From: an uncultured Nitrososphaerota archaeon
GTDB taxonomy: Archaea; Thermoproteota; Nitrososphaeria; Nitrososphaerales; Nitrosopumilaceae
Length of the DNA: 64,000 nucleotides
NCBI GenBank assembly: GCA_963701075.1
Contig: OY969559.1
Span: 1,504,001-1,568,000, forward strand
Reading direction: 5' to 3'
Shown: one piece after another, positions 18,825 through 29,485 of the stretch
Position numbering within the stretch: the stretch's first letter is position 1
Layout of the letters: each line of letters opens with the position of its first letter
Made by a program: the position numbers and the translations under genes
The notes under the pieces: generated by a model
What the model saw: only the letters and a program-made list of their open reading frames with translations
The model's database searches: none
What the model was told of the DNA's origin: nothing

Positions 18825-20254
18825 ACTCGAGTTTTTAGAATTGATTTCTGAGATATAGCAATTATGGATAAAATAGAAAGTACAAGTATTAGAGGTGCTA
18901 TAGCACCAAACTCGGGAACAAATGTAGTGCTTTTTGAGAACATGATGCCATTGCTCCCATTGTTAGCTTGTTGCCATGCAAGATATACAGTGTTTGATGA
19001 CGACGCCATTGTGTTATACCACGAACCATATGTGCCGTTGGTTACATCTACAGGAGATTCAAAACTATTGCCATCGTCCGCACTTTTAGCTATGTAGACG
19101 TCATAGTGGCCTGGTGTGTTGTCAACCCAACTTGTGTATACATTACCACTATCAACAGATATTTGCGGCCAGCCAGATGCACCAGGAGTGTTACTGACGT
19201 TTAAAGGCGTACCAAATGTTTGTCCACCGTCACTGCTTTTTGCAAAAAGAATATCATAATTTGTGTCTGTTATAGCATTAGTCCATGCCACGTAAACGTT
19301 GTTTCCTACTACAGCAAATTGTGGATATCCTGAATCTTGCAAGTTTACACTCACATTAACTGGTTTTGCAAATGTTACCCCTCCATCAATGCTCTTTGAA
19401 AATAAAATGTCAAAGTTGCCAGGAGTGTCATCCATCCATACCGCATAGATGGTATTGCCATCCACTATCATTTGAGGAGCCCCTGAATCTCCAACATCAT
19501 TACTGATATTTGTTGGAATACTGCCAAAGGTGTTCCCAGAATCATTACTACTACTTAGGAAGACATCAAAATTTTTTGCGCCATTGTCTTCCCACATTAA
19601 ATAAACATTATTTCCATAGGCAGAGATTTTTGGAATTCCAGAGTTGCCACTAACATGAGTGGTAATGGCAACAGGTGTGCCAAATGTAGTACCCCCGTCA
19701 TCGCTTTTCGTAAAAACGATGTTGGTAATGTCGCCTGCCGTTCTTTCTAGCCATGCAACATAAACATGATTATCAGATACCGCAAGTTGTGGAAAAGAGG
19801 AATCTTTAGAATTATCGTTGATTTCAATTGCTGAGATGAAGGTGGTTCCATTGTCATTACTTTTTGCAAATGCAATACTTGATTTGTTTGCTAAAAAAGA
19901 CTGCCAGACAGCATATATTTTGCCTTGAGATTCTACAATTTTCATGTTATCAGGCGCTCCAGAGTCTATATTTCCAAGGTTAATTTCCTTGCCAAAAGAA
20001 GAACCGCCGTCACTGCTTTTTGCAAACATCACCCCAAATTTACCGACAGCATTGTCTACCCATCCAATGTACACGTTATTTCCTGAAACTATCAATTGAG
20101 GAAGAGTGGAATTACTACTAGGAGAGCTAACACCTATAGCATTTGTGAATCCTGTAGAATCAGGATCTGCAAAAACACTTGATATTGATACAGTAAAAAC
20201 TAAAATCAAAAGTACAGGAATGAGTTTTTCCACACACAAAGCTTTAGTCAGCAT
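18821..20254 (-). CDS. BNR/Asp-box repeat sialidase-like surface protein with PEFG-CTERM
   Basis: Repeated F.KS.DGG.TF and VY..W motifs; VPEFG plus TM. Confidence 0.9.
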   Translation of the reverse strand: MLTKALCVEKLIPVLLILVFTVSISSVFADPDSTGFTNAIGVSSPSSNSTLPQLIVSGNNVYIGWVDNAVGKFGVMFAKSSDGGSSFGKEINLGNIDSGAPDNMKIVESQGKIYAVWQSFLANKSSIAFAKSNDNGTTFISAIEINDNSKDSSFPQLAVSDNHVYVAWLERTAGDITNIVFTKSDDGGTTFGTPVAITTHVSGNSGIPKISAYGNNVYLMWEDNGAKNFDVFLSSSNDSGNTFGSIPTNISNDVGDSGAPQMIVDGNTIYAVWMDDTPGNFDILFSKSIDGGVTFAKPVNVSVNLQDSGYPQFAVVGNNVYVAWTNAITDTNYDILFAKSSDGGQTFGTPLNVSNTPGASGWPQISVDSGNVYTSWVDNTPGHYDVYIAKSADDGNSFESPVDVTNGTYGSWYNTMASSSNTVYLAWQQANNGSNGIMFSKSTTFVPEFGAIAPLILVLSILSIIAISQKSILKTRV

Positions 20255-20282
20255 TATAAGATAGTTTTGGTCCAGGAAATAA

Positions 20283-20675
20283 TCACAGATTAATTTCGTC
20301 TACTATGAGATTTAGTTCTACTCTAGTTTTTGTATTTACAGTGTTTGCCACATGTGAGACAAGAACAACGTCTTTGTTTTCATTGTCAAACAGCAAACTG
20401 GTCTTTACTTTAACAGGTTTGAATTCGGTATTCGGCCCAAGCATAATCTTTGGTAAGAGAGAGAGTATTGACATGTCACCAGTAGTAGCTCTTATCTTGT
20501 AAGCAGTTGTATCAGTAAAGTACACTCCTCCCCTTGTGGTAGGCTTTCGTACTGGAATTTTTGATTTAGATATGGAAACATTCTCTAGATCAAAGATCTT
20601 TTCATCGATGTATAGAGCATATTTAAGATTAGAAGTTTGAATTATTTTTGACATTATTTCCTCGTTAATTTCCAT
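20283..20675 (-). CDS. hypothetical protein
   Basis: PVRKPTTRGGVYF motif; start trimmed to ATG 20675 to avoid overlap with the opposite-strand gene. Confidence 0.8.
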   Translation of the reverse strand: MEINEEIMSKIIQTSNLKYALYIDEKIFDLENVSISKSKIPVRKPTTRGGVYFTDTTAYKIRATTGDMSILSLLPKIMLGPNTEFKPVKVKTSLLFDNENKDVVLVSHVANTVNTKTRVELNLIVDEINL

Positions 20676-20762
20676 AAGGCGTACACTTGCTCTAACACGT
20701 AATAATCTTCCTTTTGAAGAAATGTTTAAGATGGTTTTAGAGTCATCTTCATAGATCTTTAT

Positions 20763-22265
20763 TTGAAAAATTACGAGATTGAAGCCACTTGGCAATATCA
20801 TGATGGGACAAAACATCCAAACGGAATACTTCTTAACAGAACCCACACGTACCATCCTGCAAACAGGCCTATGCCATACAAGACATACAAAAACGCTGTA
20901 CAGATTAAACTCCCACTGGATAAACAATCAAGTGCAATTTCCGCTCTTGATGCAATCTCAGTTAACACTAAAAGCGGATATGCAAACATTACTCCAGACA
21001 TCAATGTGCTTTCAAGGATGCTCTTCTTCTCAGGAGGCATTACAAAGACACTCAAATTTCCATCTCTTGGCAAGATAGAGTTTCGGGCAGCATCGTGTAC
21101 TGGAGCCCTGTACCACATAGAGATCTACATAGTATGCGCTAACATTTCTGGACTTGAGGCAGGAGTTTATCATTTCAATCCACAGAATCTTTCATTGACA
21201 GTATTAAGAAAGGGAGATTACCGTAAAATTCTTGCAAATGCAACGGCAAATGAGCCTTTTACATCATCTGCACCCATCATGCTGGTTTTCACTGATATGT
21301 TTTCAAGAAATGCAGTCAAGTATCAAGCAAGAGAATACAGACATGCATTTTGGGATTGTGGAACAATTCTTTCAAATGCCCTTGCAATGTCAAATACACA
21401 GAGAATGCCATGCAAGTTGATATTGGGTTTTGTTGACTCTGAGATAAATTCTCTTCTTGGCCTTGATGTAAAAAAAGAGGCCACACTAGCAATATTATCA
21501 CTTGGTCACTCAAGTCAGGAACTTCCAATCCCTCCCCCACTGTCCGATATTGCCAAGGCAGAGCCAGAGCAGGACATGAGTCTTTGTGCCATAAATGAGA
21601 TTCACGAGTCATCTTCTCTGACAGGCCATCAAGAAGTTTCATCTTGGCGAAAACAGAACACTAAAGACACACATCAAAAACGCGTGAAAACAATTGAAAG
21701 TATGGAAAGTATCTTTCCGGAAGACAGTCTAGAAACGGTCATTCTCAGACGCGGATCTACACGTAAATTTTCTCATAGTTCTATTTCACTTGAACAATTA
21801 TCCACCATACTGAAAAGATCCACAGGTGGAATCACTTCAGATTTTGAAGAAGAAAGTATCAACGACATTTACTTGATTGTAAATGCAGTAGATGGACTAG
21901 AACAGGGTGCATATTTTTATAACAAGGAACACAGCTCGTTGGAGATTTTACAAAAAGGAGACTTTAGAGATGTATCAGGACATCTGGGCCTTGACCAAAG
22001 TTTACCACGTGATGCATCAGTTACAATATTTTTCATGGTAAACCTTCAGAAAATTCTAGAATATTTTGGCAATCGCGGATACAGAGTTGCACAGTTAGAT
22101 GCAAGCATCATTGGAGGACGGATGTATCTTGCATCATGTGCATTGCATATTGGAGTTACAGGACTTACATTTTATGACGATGAGGTAACAGAATTTTTCT
22201 CTCCTCATGCCAGCAATAAAAGCACCATGTTCATGATTGCAATAGGCAAGAAGGCCAAATCATAG
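20763..22265 (+). CDS. SagB/ThcOx-family double nitroreductase-domain dehydrogenase
   Basis: YHDGTKH, RAASCTGALYHIEIY, RRGSTRKF, GLTFYDDEV. Confidence 0.9.
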   Translation: MKNYEIEATWQYHDGTKHPNGILLNRTHTYHPANRPMPYKTYKNAVQIKLPLDKQSSAISALDAISVNTKSGYANITPDINVLSRMLFFSGGITKTLKFPSLGKIEFRAASCTGALYHIEIYIVCANISGLEAGVYHFNPQNLSLTVLRKGDYRKILANATANEPFTSSAPIMLVFTDMFSRNAVKYQAREYRHAFWDCGTILSNALAMSNTQRMPCKLILGFVDSEINSLLGLDVKKEATLAILSLGHSSQELPIPPPLSDIAKAEPEQDMSLCAINEIHESSSLTGHQEVSSWRKQNTKDTHQKRVKTIESMESIFPEDSLETVILRRGSTRKFSHSSISLEQLSTILKRSTGGITSDFEEESINDIYLIVNAVDGLEQGAYFYNKEHSSLEILQKGDFRDVSGHLGLDQSLPRDASVTIFFMVNLQKILEYFGNRGYRVAQLDASIIGGRMYLASCALHIGVTGLTFYDDEVTEFFSPHASNKSTMFMIAIGKKAKS

Positions 22266-22337
22266 AGGCCATACTGTAAGTTTGACATTCATACATCTCT
22301 CAATCCTTATATCTTTACTATCAAATTCATCAGGAAT

Positions 22338-22538
22338 ATGCGTATCAAGAAAATTCATGTGATACTTGCATTACTCATTCTGATTCCGTCATTTGTTAAT
22401 CTCGGAGTTCCAATCTATAACAGAGATTCACCAGAATTATTAGGAATACCATTTTTTTACTGGTTCCAAACTTTCTGGTTATTTGCATCAGCAGGATTCT
22501 ACATTGTTTTTGCTCGCCTAAAGGGGAATCAGGGATGA
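22338..22538 (+). CDS. DUF3311 small membrane protein
   Basis: [18 protein letters not shown]; overlaps the symporter start. Confidence 0.88.
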   Translation: MRIKKIHVILALLILIPSFVNLGVPIYNRDSPELLGIPFFYWFQTFWLFASAGFYIVFARLKGNQG

Positions 22539-24034
22539 TTAGTTCCGATATAACTATCGCATTTGTTTCTCTTTTCATTGTGTTTATTGCTTTAGGATTT
22601 TACGGAAAATATTGGAGAAGAGGGGATCTCAATCATGTACACGAGTGGGCTCTTGCTGGAAGAAGGCTTGGTACTACACTAGTTTTCTTTCTCATAGGGG
22701 CCGACCTTTATACTGCATACAGCTTTGTTGCAGTTCCCTCTGGAGTTTTTGCCAAAGGTTCTCTCTATTTTTTTGCCATTCCCTACGTCATGCTAACTTT
22801 TGGAGTAGCACTTGTAACCATGCCAAGATTATGGACTTTGGCAAGAGAAAAAGGATACATTACAGCTTCAGATTTTGTCAAGGACAGGTTTGGTAGCACC
22901 ACACTTGCAATAATGATAGCCATTACAGGCATAGTTGCTGAACTACCATACATAGCACTTCAGATAGTAGGCATGCAAGCAGTTTTGACCGTCATGCTTG
23001 CCGGTTCCGCCAATGCCCAAATTGTAGAGGAAATTTCACTTTTAATTTCCTTCATAGTCTTGGCTGCATTTACGTACACAAGTGGGTTACGCGGAACTAC
23101 ACTTACTGCAATATTCAAAGATATCATCATCTGGATTACAGTTTTTGCAGTAATCATAGTAGTTCCACTTAGCATAGGTGGATTTCAACACGCTTTCAGT
23201 CAAGTGAAGGCAAATTATGTCACATTACCTTCTGCTCTGATGCCTGCTTATGCTACACTGATTCTTGGCAGTGCATTGGCTCTCTATCTTTATCCTCATG
23301 CAATAAATGGTGTGCTAAGTTCTGAGAGTGCCCAAAAGCTTCGAACGAGTACAGCACTGCTCCCCCTCTATGGTGTGGGGCTTGCAATACTTGCGTTAAT
23401 GGGTGTACTAGTATATGCAGTTCCCAATGCGATGAATTTTCTTTCAGGATTTCCAGAAAGTTCTCGAGGAATACTTGTGGTTCCATCGCTGATAATGTAT
23501 ACAATGCCCGGATGGTTTTCAGGAATTGCATTACTTGGCATTTTTGTTGGCGGTCTTGTACCTGCAGCCATCATGGCCATGGCACAGGCAAATTTGCTTA
23601 CAAGAAACATAATAAAGGAATTAAAACCAAACATTACAAACAGTTCAGAGATTCGAATTACCAAAATTTCATCAACAGTTTTTAAATTCATTGCACTAGG
23701 TTTTGTTTTTGTAGTCCCTGCAACATATGCAATATCCTTACAATTACTTGGCGGAATATTGATTGCTCAAATATTGCCCGCCGTTATTTGTGGTTTGTAT
23801 GTCAAGTCCTTGAGAAAAACTCCGTTGATAATAGGCTTGCTTGTTGGCATAGGCTCTGGGATTTACATGCTAGAAGCTGCAAATAATTTTGGAGCGCTAA
23901 CAATATCACTTTTCAATACAAGTTTTGGCTCAATTTACATTGCCGTGATATCACTTGCCATCAATCTAGCAATATCATTTGGTGGAAGCTATGCAATAAA
24001 TAAGACACAGACATCAAAAATGGAAAAAAATTAA
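22535..24034 (+). CDS. sodium:solute symporter (MctP monocarboxylate-permease-like)
   Basis: [41 protein letters not shown]. Confidence 0.92.
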   Translation: MISSDITIAFVSLFIVFIALGFYGKYWRRGDLNHVHEWALAGRRLGTTLVFFLIGADLYTAYSFVAVPSGVFAKGSLYFFAIPYVMLTFGVALVTMPRLWTLAREKGYITASDFVKDRFGSTTLAIMIAITGIVAELPYIALQIVGMQAVLTVMLAGSANAQIVEEISLLISFIVLAAFTYTSGLRGTTLTAIFKDIIIWITVFAVIIVVPLSIGGFQHAFSQVKANYVTLPSALMPAYATLILGSALALYLYPHAINGVLSSESAQKLRTSTALLPLYGVGLAILALMGVLVYAVPNAMNFLSGFPESSRGILVVPSLIMYTMPGWFSGIALLGIFVGGLVPAAIMAMAQANLLTRNIIKELKPNITNSSEIRITKISSTVFKFIALGFVFVVPATYAISLQLLGGILIAQILPAVICGLYVKSLRKTPLIIGLLVGIGSGIYMLEAANNFGALTISLFNTSFGSIYIAVISLAINLAISFGGSYAINKTQTSKMEKN

Positions 24035-24100
24035 GATGTAGTATTAACCCATAGTCTAAAGATTAAAAATGCAATAAAATAAAAACTATTTTTTTAGAGT

Positions 24101-24661
24101 CTACTCGTATTCCATTAGTTTCTTCTCTTCTAGAAGAGTATGCAGATTGTGAACTGCTCTATATACCTCAGTTTCTTTCTTTGTACCAGTACATACTAGC
24201 TTTCCAGATGCAAAGATTAGAACGACAGATCTTGGATCAAGCATTCTATGAATTAACCCTGGGAATTGCTCGGGTTCATACATGCTTCTTGGGAGACTTC
24301 GTGCTGCTTTTTCAAGGTGTACTTTTCCACCAAGGCTCACTGAGGCAACTATGTTTTGAATGGTTATCTCAGGGTCATTTTTGATCTTTATCTTCCCCTT
24401 TCGAAGTTTCTGAACTACGGTATTCACTGCGTTAATAGCTGCCTCTTCAGATTTAGAACCAGTGCATACCATTTTACCTGAGCTGAAGATTAGTGTTGCA
24501 GTCTTTGGAGATTTTAATCTAAAGACCAGTCCAGGGAACTGTTCTGGGTGATATTCTACATCTGGAAATGTTTTTGTTATTTCAACAAGGTCAATTTTTT
24601 GATCGACTGAAGCAGAGGCAACAACGTTTACGATATCTACGATCGGTTTTGTTTGCGGCAT
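24101..24661 (-). CDS. tbp: TATA-box binding protein
   Basis: Two repeats of N(V/I)VAS...Y.PEQFPGL...LIF.SGK.VCTG. Confidence 0.98.
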   Translation of the reverse strand: MPQTKPIVDIVNVVASASVDQKIDLVEITKTFPDVEYHPEQFPGLVFRLKSPKTATLIFSSGKMVCTGSKSEEAAINAVNTVVQKLRKGKIKIKNDPEITIQNIVASVSLGGKVHLEKAARSLPRSMYEPEQFPGLIHRMLDPRSVVLIFASGKLVCTGTKKETEVYRAVHNLHTLLEEKKLMEYE

Positions 24662-24775
24662 TTATAAGGGTACAATTTAGTACCATATATACCAATTACA
24701 TCCTCTACGCAGGAAAAATTGAAAAAAAATGCCTCACAGAATACAATAGAGATCAAACTACAACATCCCAAATCT

Positions 24776-25101
24776 CTAGTATGAGGCACATGAGATCGTT
24801 CCACTGATCTTTTCTACATCCACATCTTCGGATATTTCAGAAATGGTTTAAGGGTCATCCCCCCAACAACTCTTAACTTATGATCTTCTTCTGCCATTCC
24901 AATGCCATATTTTTGGCCAAGCCCAAATCTCTTTTTGTCCAAATCCGTTCCACGATGTTGTTCAACAACGATTTCTGCATGAAATTCAACATCAGTTAAT
25001 TTTCTTCCATAGTACATCGCTTGCATGACAAGTTCAGGTTTAATTTTTTACAGCCTGCTCTTTATGTCATCTAGGAACTTTGCCTCAATTAGTTGAGACA
25101 T
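24776..25101 (-). pseudogene. hypothetical protein pseudogene (nonsense plus frameshift)
   Basis: MSQLIEAKFLDDIKSRL*KIKPELVMQAMYY... with in-frame TAA at 25048-25050; a frameshift near 24850 restores TISEISEDVDVEKISGTISCASY*. Confidence 0.7.
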
Positions 25102-25217
25102 GATTCAATATGTCAAAACCTTATTTAAGTTTGCCAGTAATACGCAAAAACACACATGGTGCAATCTAGAACGATCTTATTGAATTATATTCTGCGAGAA
25201 AAAAGCTCTCAAAATAA

Positions 25218-25574
25218 ATGAATTTTGGAAAAATATTTGACCGCAAAAAAGCTGATAGTTCTAGTAAAAATCTAGAAGAGATTTCCAAAATAAAAGAAGA
25301 AATCGAGAAAGAAGACAAGATATTCGAAAAGGAATTGCCTGCAAAATATGCTTTATTGCAAAAATTTGACATGTCAGACATGAAAGCATTGTGTAATGAA
25401 TTGCTAGGAAGCGAGCCAGTAGTCGAGGAATACGATGATCCTAAAAGTGGAGATAAAAAAATACTTCCTCAATACAAGGAAGATTTCATACATTTCATCA
25501 TAGATGAATTAAGACTGTCTGAGATAAAGGACTATGCGATAAAAAATAAGATTGCGTCTGATGAACTTAAATAA
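25218..25574 (+). CDS. hypothetical protein
   Basis: ORF track; similar to 1419..1661. Confidence 0.8.
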   Translation: MNFGKIFDRKKADSSSKNLEEISKIKEEIEKEDKIFEKELPAKYALLQKFDMSDMKALCNELLGSEPVVEEYDDPKSGDKKILPQYKEDFIHFIIDELRLSEIKDYAIKNKIASDELK

Positions 25575-25600
25575 TAGTAATAAACACCATTTGCAGAATT

Positions 25601-27070
25601 TCAGCTGTTTGGAATAATAAGATCAAGAAAGATTGTTTTTGTTACAATTCCATTAGATACGCTAACCCCTAGTGTATAGTTACCTGGAGGAGAAGAATAA
25701 TTCCGCAATAGCAGTTGCACGTCATGACTAGAAGAAAGATCAAGAGTGTCTGGAGATAATCGCACATCGAGATTTCCAAAACCTGCAGCTGGAACCAGCG
25801 AACTTGAAGCATTCAAAAACACATGATTTGCGCTATAGGGACTCTGGCCATCAATTTTTAGATTTACAGATATTTCTTTTGAAGCATCAGAGCTTAGTAC
25901 AACCTTGTTTGTATCTGAAGATATGGAAAAAGGCAGCTGTACATGGCCATCAATTTTTGCTAATTTGTTAGTGTTCCATTCTGAAAACCACAGTATCATG
26001 TTGTCATTAGGATCTGTGGCGATGTTAAGAGGATATGTGAGATAACCATCTGCTGGCCTAGATGGAATGTCGTACTCTACCATAGTTTTGTTCACTGTAT
26101 CAAAGTATGCAAGCTTGTTTCCCTCATGTTCATTGAACCACAAGTCTTTACCATCATTAATTCCTCGTATCCAAAATGGAAGTGTTGTTGCATGATACAC
26201 ATTTTGCGAGGTTGGATACCGTACAACCTGATCATTTCCAAGATTGTATTTGGTAAGAAAACTTGTGCCGTGTTCTGTCAGCCATATAGAATCATTATCG
26301 ACAAGAAGATCAGTAGGAGATGAAAGTTGGGTCTGGTTATCTATTGGAATTTCTTTTACTTTTGTGATTCCAGTTACAGTGCCATTTTCACGGTCTATGT
26401 TAAATTCAACAATCTTTTGAGTGGTTATTTCTGTGACCCATACCGAGTTGTTTTGCAAGTACAATCCAGCTGGGGCGGTATCATTGCCAAGGTCAAATGC
26501 AGATATTTTGTAGCCAGTTTGTGAATCAGCATTTTTTTCTACAACACACAAGGCATCACCGCTAAGTGTAGTAAACCACACATCTCCAGTGTTTGCATCT
26601 GTCTTCATCTGAAACGCAGATCCTGCCTCTGATAAAATAGAGTGAAAAGTATCGTTTGTAGGATCAAAATACCATATAGATTTAGTTCCAAGCGGGGAAA
26701 ACCATATGATTCCGTCTTTATCTTGAACTACAGTCCAGACCATAGTTGTGTTCTGACCAGGATTAAAATACTGCGAATTATTGTCTGTTATCTCATAATT
26801 TTTTAGTTGCCCTGATTTTTGATCAAAGCTGTAAAGTAAGTCTGACTTGGATGATGTAGCCCACACTGTTCCTGTTTTATCTACAATTAGACCGTTAGGT
26901 CCAGAATTATCAGGTAGTGAGTATTCTTGTAGATAGGGATTTTGACTCGGGGTTGGGTTCAAGATATACTCTGAGGGTTCAGATGCGGTCGGTTTTTGGG
27001 ATACAAACCAAGCTACTGCAAAGCCAACTAGTATTACCCCTATAACAACGCCCATCTTTTTAGATATCAA
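25601..27070 (-). CDS. membrane-anchored Vgb (virginiamycin B lyase)-like beta-propeller protein
   Basis: PNGL.VD..G.VW, WFNEHEGNKLA, WFSEWNTNKLA blade motifs. Confidence 0.88.
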   Translation of the reverse strand: MISKKMGVVIGVILVGFAVAWFVSQKPTASEPSEYILNPTPSQNPYLQEYSLPDNSGPNGLIVDKTGTVWATSSKSDLLYSFDQKSGQLKNYEITDNNSQYFNPGQNTTMVWTVVQDKDGIIWFSPLGTKSIWYFDPTNDTFHSILSEAGSAFQMKTDANTGDVWFTTLSGDALCVVEKNADSQTGYKISAFDLGNDTAPAGLYLQNNSVWVTEITTQKIVEFNIDRENGTVTGITKVKEIPIDNQTQLSSPTDLLVDNDSIWLTEHGTSFLTKYNLGNDQVVRYPTSQNVYHATTLPFWIRGINDGKDLWFNEHEGNKLAYFDTVNKTMVEYDIPSRPADGYLTYPLNIATDPNDNMILWFSEWNTNKLAKIDGHVQLPFSISSDTNKVVLSSDASKEISVNLKIDGQSPYSANHVFLNASSSLVPAAGFGNLDVRLSPDTLDLSSSHDVQLLLRNYSSPPGNYTLGVSVSNGIVTKTIFLDLIIPNS

Positions 27071-27242
27071 ATATGCTCTCCCTGAAATTCATGTCTAGTT
27101 TCTTTATTAGTGTCGCGAAGATTCTTGCCTAATTTAGAACTATTCCAAATCACAAATAGACCAGATAACACACTGTATTGCTTGAAAACAAGATATGAGA
27201 CCATGACCAAATATAATATACCAAAACTGTCTAACCCACACA

Positions 27243-27758
27243 ATGCAAAAAAAGTACCTGCTTTTAGTGGTTTATTTCAGTTTCTTTGCTGGTCTTGTGA
27301 CTTATGAAATAATGCATCCATCGTTTAGCACTGATGCCGCAAAAGTCGGTAACTATGAAGTCCAAGTGTCTACAACACCTTCAGTACCTAATGTAGGTGG
27401 TGACACGAAGATTCACTTCCTAGTGTTAGACCAGAATGGCAACCAAGTTGACAAAATCAGGATGGGTTTAGAAATTTATTATAACGATAATTTAATGAAA
27501 GAATTTCCTCCAAACGATTACCCAGGAGCATTTGACATAGATTACACATTCCAAGAACCTGGAAATCATGTATTTAGAACCGAGATTTTTGATCCAAGTA
27601 CTGGAAATATAGAATTATATGAATTCAATATAACGACGCTTAGTCTATACGCATCAATTTTTGTAGTTCTAGTAATTGCAGGAGTTGGCGGCGCAGGAGG
27701 CATAGTCATAGCAATATTGATCTTTGCCAAACGAACACGTCCGAGCTCTAGATATTGA
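27243..27758 (+). CDS. membrane protein with Ig-like (YtkA/FixH-like) domain
   Basis: N- and C-terminal TM; DYTFQEPGNH motif. Confidence 0.75.
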   Translation: MQKKYLLLVVYFSFFAGLVTYEIMHPSFSTDAAKVGNYEVQVSTTPSVPNVGGDTKIHFLVLDQNGNQVDKIRMGLEIYYNDNLMKEFPPNDYPGAFDIDYTFQEPGNHVFRTEIFDPSTGNIELYEFNITTLSLYASIFVVLVIAGVGGAGGIVIAILIFAKRTRPSSRY

Positions 27759-27765
27759 GATAAAG

Positions 27766-27858
27766 GCGTGGCCCGCAAATGCAGGACACTTGGAGATTAC
27801 CTCCCTTTGAACAGCGCCTTTGCGCTTGGTTCGCATAATAGTTCCTGCAGGGCCACGC
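27766..27858 (-). ncRNA. candidate structured non-coding RNA (three-way junction)
   Basis: GC-rich island with terminal stem GCGTGGCCC/GGGCCACGC, stem TGCAGGA/TCCTGCA and two internal hairpins. Strand inferred from an upstream TATA-like element. Confidence 0.6.
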
Positions 27859-28098
27859 TATGTCAAGCCATTTTTTGTGGCTTTATGAACATGTGGTATA
27901 ATGAATTCCATAATATTTAAGAATTCATTTAAAAAATTTTGAATTAAATTTTAATTCATCGATTTATTATTAATATAATACCATTTTTATCTACAATGTA
28001 GAAGACACTGAGAATTGGCACATAATTCTAGTCGTCCTGTTTGAGCTGTATACCATCATCTTGCAATGCCGAGATTTTCTGGATATATGTAATTTCAT

Positions 28099-28629
28099 TC
28101 ATTGAGATGGTTGAGTTGTTGACGCCGAGGCTGGTACGCTTCTAAAGTATGCTTTAACATTTGGCCTGAATAGATAGAATATGATAATTCCGTTAATTAT
28201 TAAATTTATAACCTCGACAATATGAAACAGTGCAGCCACTATTGCAAAGATTCCTATGCCAACACTTGCAAAAACCACCATGGTGATCCTTGCCCACTGG
28301 TATCCTTTCAGTAATCCATATGCTACAAAGAAAGAAGACATCCCTATGATGAACATTATGACGGCAATTACGAAATGGTTCGGATGAAATAACCAAATAA
28401 AGAAAGAAAATATCCCTACGACAAACATTATGACCCCGGGACCATAAATGAACTGGGCACCTAAATGCCAAGGCATTTGCAATTGCATTCCCACGATACC
28501 AAACTCTGGCATTTTTTGGAGTGGTGCAAATAAAGCAGATATGGAGTTATTTATTATCATAAGTATGGCGGCAACTATAGACATTGCACTTAGAACCGTT
28601 ACACCAGAAGGACGTCTTTGCATCATCAT
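28099..28629 (-). CDS. multi-TM membrane protein
   Basis: RPSGVTVL...YGLLKG..WAR...YLFRPNVKAYF archaeal membrane family pattern. Confidence 0.85.
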   Translation of the reverse strand: MMMQRRPSGVTVLSAMSIVAAILMIINNSISALFAPLQKMPEFGIVGMQLQMPWHLGAQFIYGPGVIMFVVGIFSFFIWLFHPNHFVIAVIMFIIGMSSFFVAYGLLKGYQWARITMVVFASVGIGIFAIVAALFHIVEVINLIINGIIIFYLFRPNVKAYFRSVPASASTTQPSQ

Positions 28630-28705
28630 TAGTATGGAAATTTTGCCTTATTAGGATGTACTAGAATATTATCCATAAGAGGCATTGTAGAAAACATTGG
28701 AATTT

Positions 28706-28918
28706 TTATTCCAACATTGTCCAGAATCTAGAATATCTGAAAAGACCAACCCATCCAGATATGAAGAATACTAGCGACAACACAAATAGAAAATAGAGAT
28801 CTCTTTTACGATGTGCAAGATCCATATTGAGAAAGATGAACGCACCCATACCAATCAATCCAAAAAACAGGAGTAACCTCCCAAGTCGCTTCCAATTCAA
28901 GTATAGAACAAATAGCAA
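28706..28918 (-). CDS. small two-TM protein
   Basis: ORF track; hydrophobic; start uncertain. Confidence 0.55.
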   Translation of the reverse strand: MLFVLYLNWKRLGRLLLFFGLIGMGAFIFLNMDLAHRKRDLYFLFVLSLVFFISGWVGLFRYSRFWTMLE

Positions 28919-28998
28919 CTGAGATATAAAATAGATATGGCTTTAGATTTAAGGCAATCACTATAAAATCTATTTAGAAAATAACTTTTTAACGACGG

Positions 28999-29454
28999 TT
29001 ATACGATTCCACATTTTGCATAGTATTGTTGATGATATTCTTCTGCCTTGTAGAACTCTGGCGCATGTAGTATCTCAGTTACAATTTTTTTCCCTGATTT
29101 TTCTGAGTTTTGGAGTTGCTCCTTTGATTGTTTGGCTGCCTTTTCTTGATCTTGGTCATGACAGAAGATCACTGACCTATACTGAGCACCCACGTCTGGA
29201 CCTTGTCGGTTCAACGATGTCGGATCATGACAATGCCAAAACACATTCAGGATCTCAGCATACGATATAACAGACGGGTCAAACTCAACTTGAACTACTT
29301 CTGCATGTCCGGTTTGGTCTGAACAGACATCTTCATATGTTGGGTTACTTAGGTTGCCTCCCATATATCCCACCGCTGTCGATGTCACACCCTTTATCTT
29401 TCTGAATTCGTGCTCAACACACCAAAAACATCCAGCTCCAAAAGTAGCCTTCAT
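28999..29454 (-). CDS. msrA: peptide methionine sulfoxide reductase A
   Basis: GCFWC, TGHAEVV, RQGPDVGAQYRS, AEEYHQQY. Confidence 0.97.
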   Translation of the reverse strand: MKATFGAGCFWCVEHEFRKIKGVTSTAVGYMGGNLSNPTYEDVCSDQTGHAEVVQVEFDPSVISYAEILNVFWHCHDPTSLNRQGPDVGAQYRSVIFCHDQDQEKAAKQSKEQLQNSEKSGKKIVTEILHAPEFYKAEEYHQQYYAKCGIV

Positions 29455-29485
29455 TGATAGATGTTCACGAGTGCAGAATTAAATC

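Noticed and set aside
20763-22265. RiPP (azole peptide) biosynthetic cluster around the SagB-like gene
   Set aside because: No YcaO cyclodehydratase or precursor peptide nearby.
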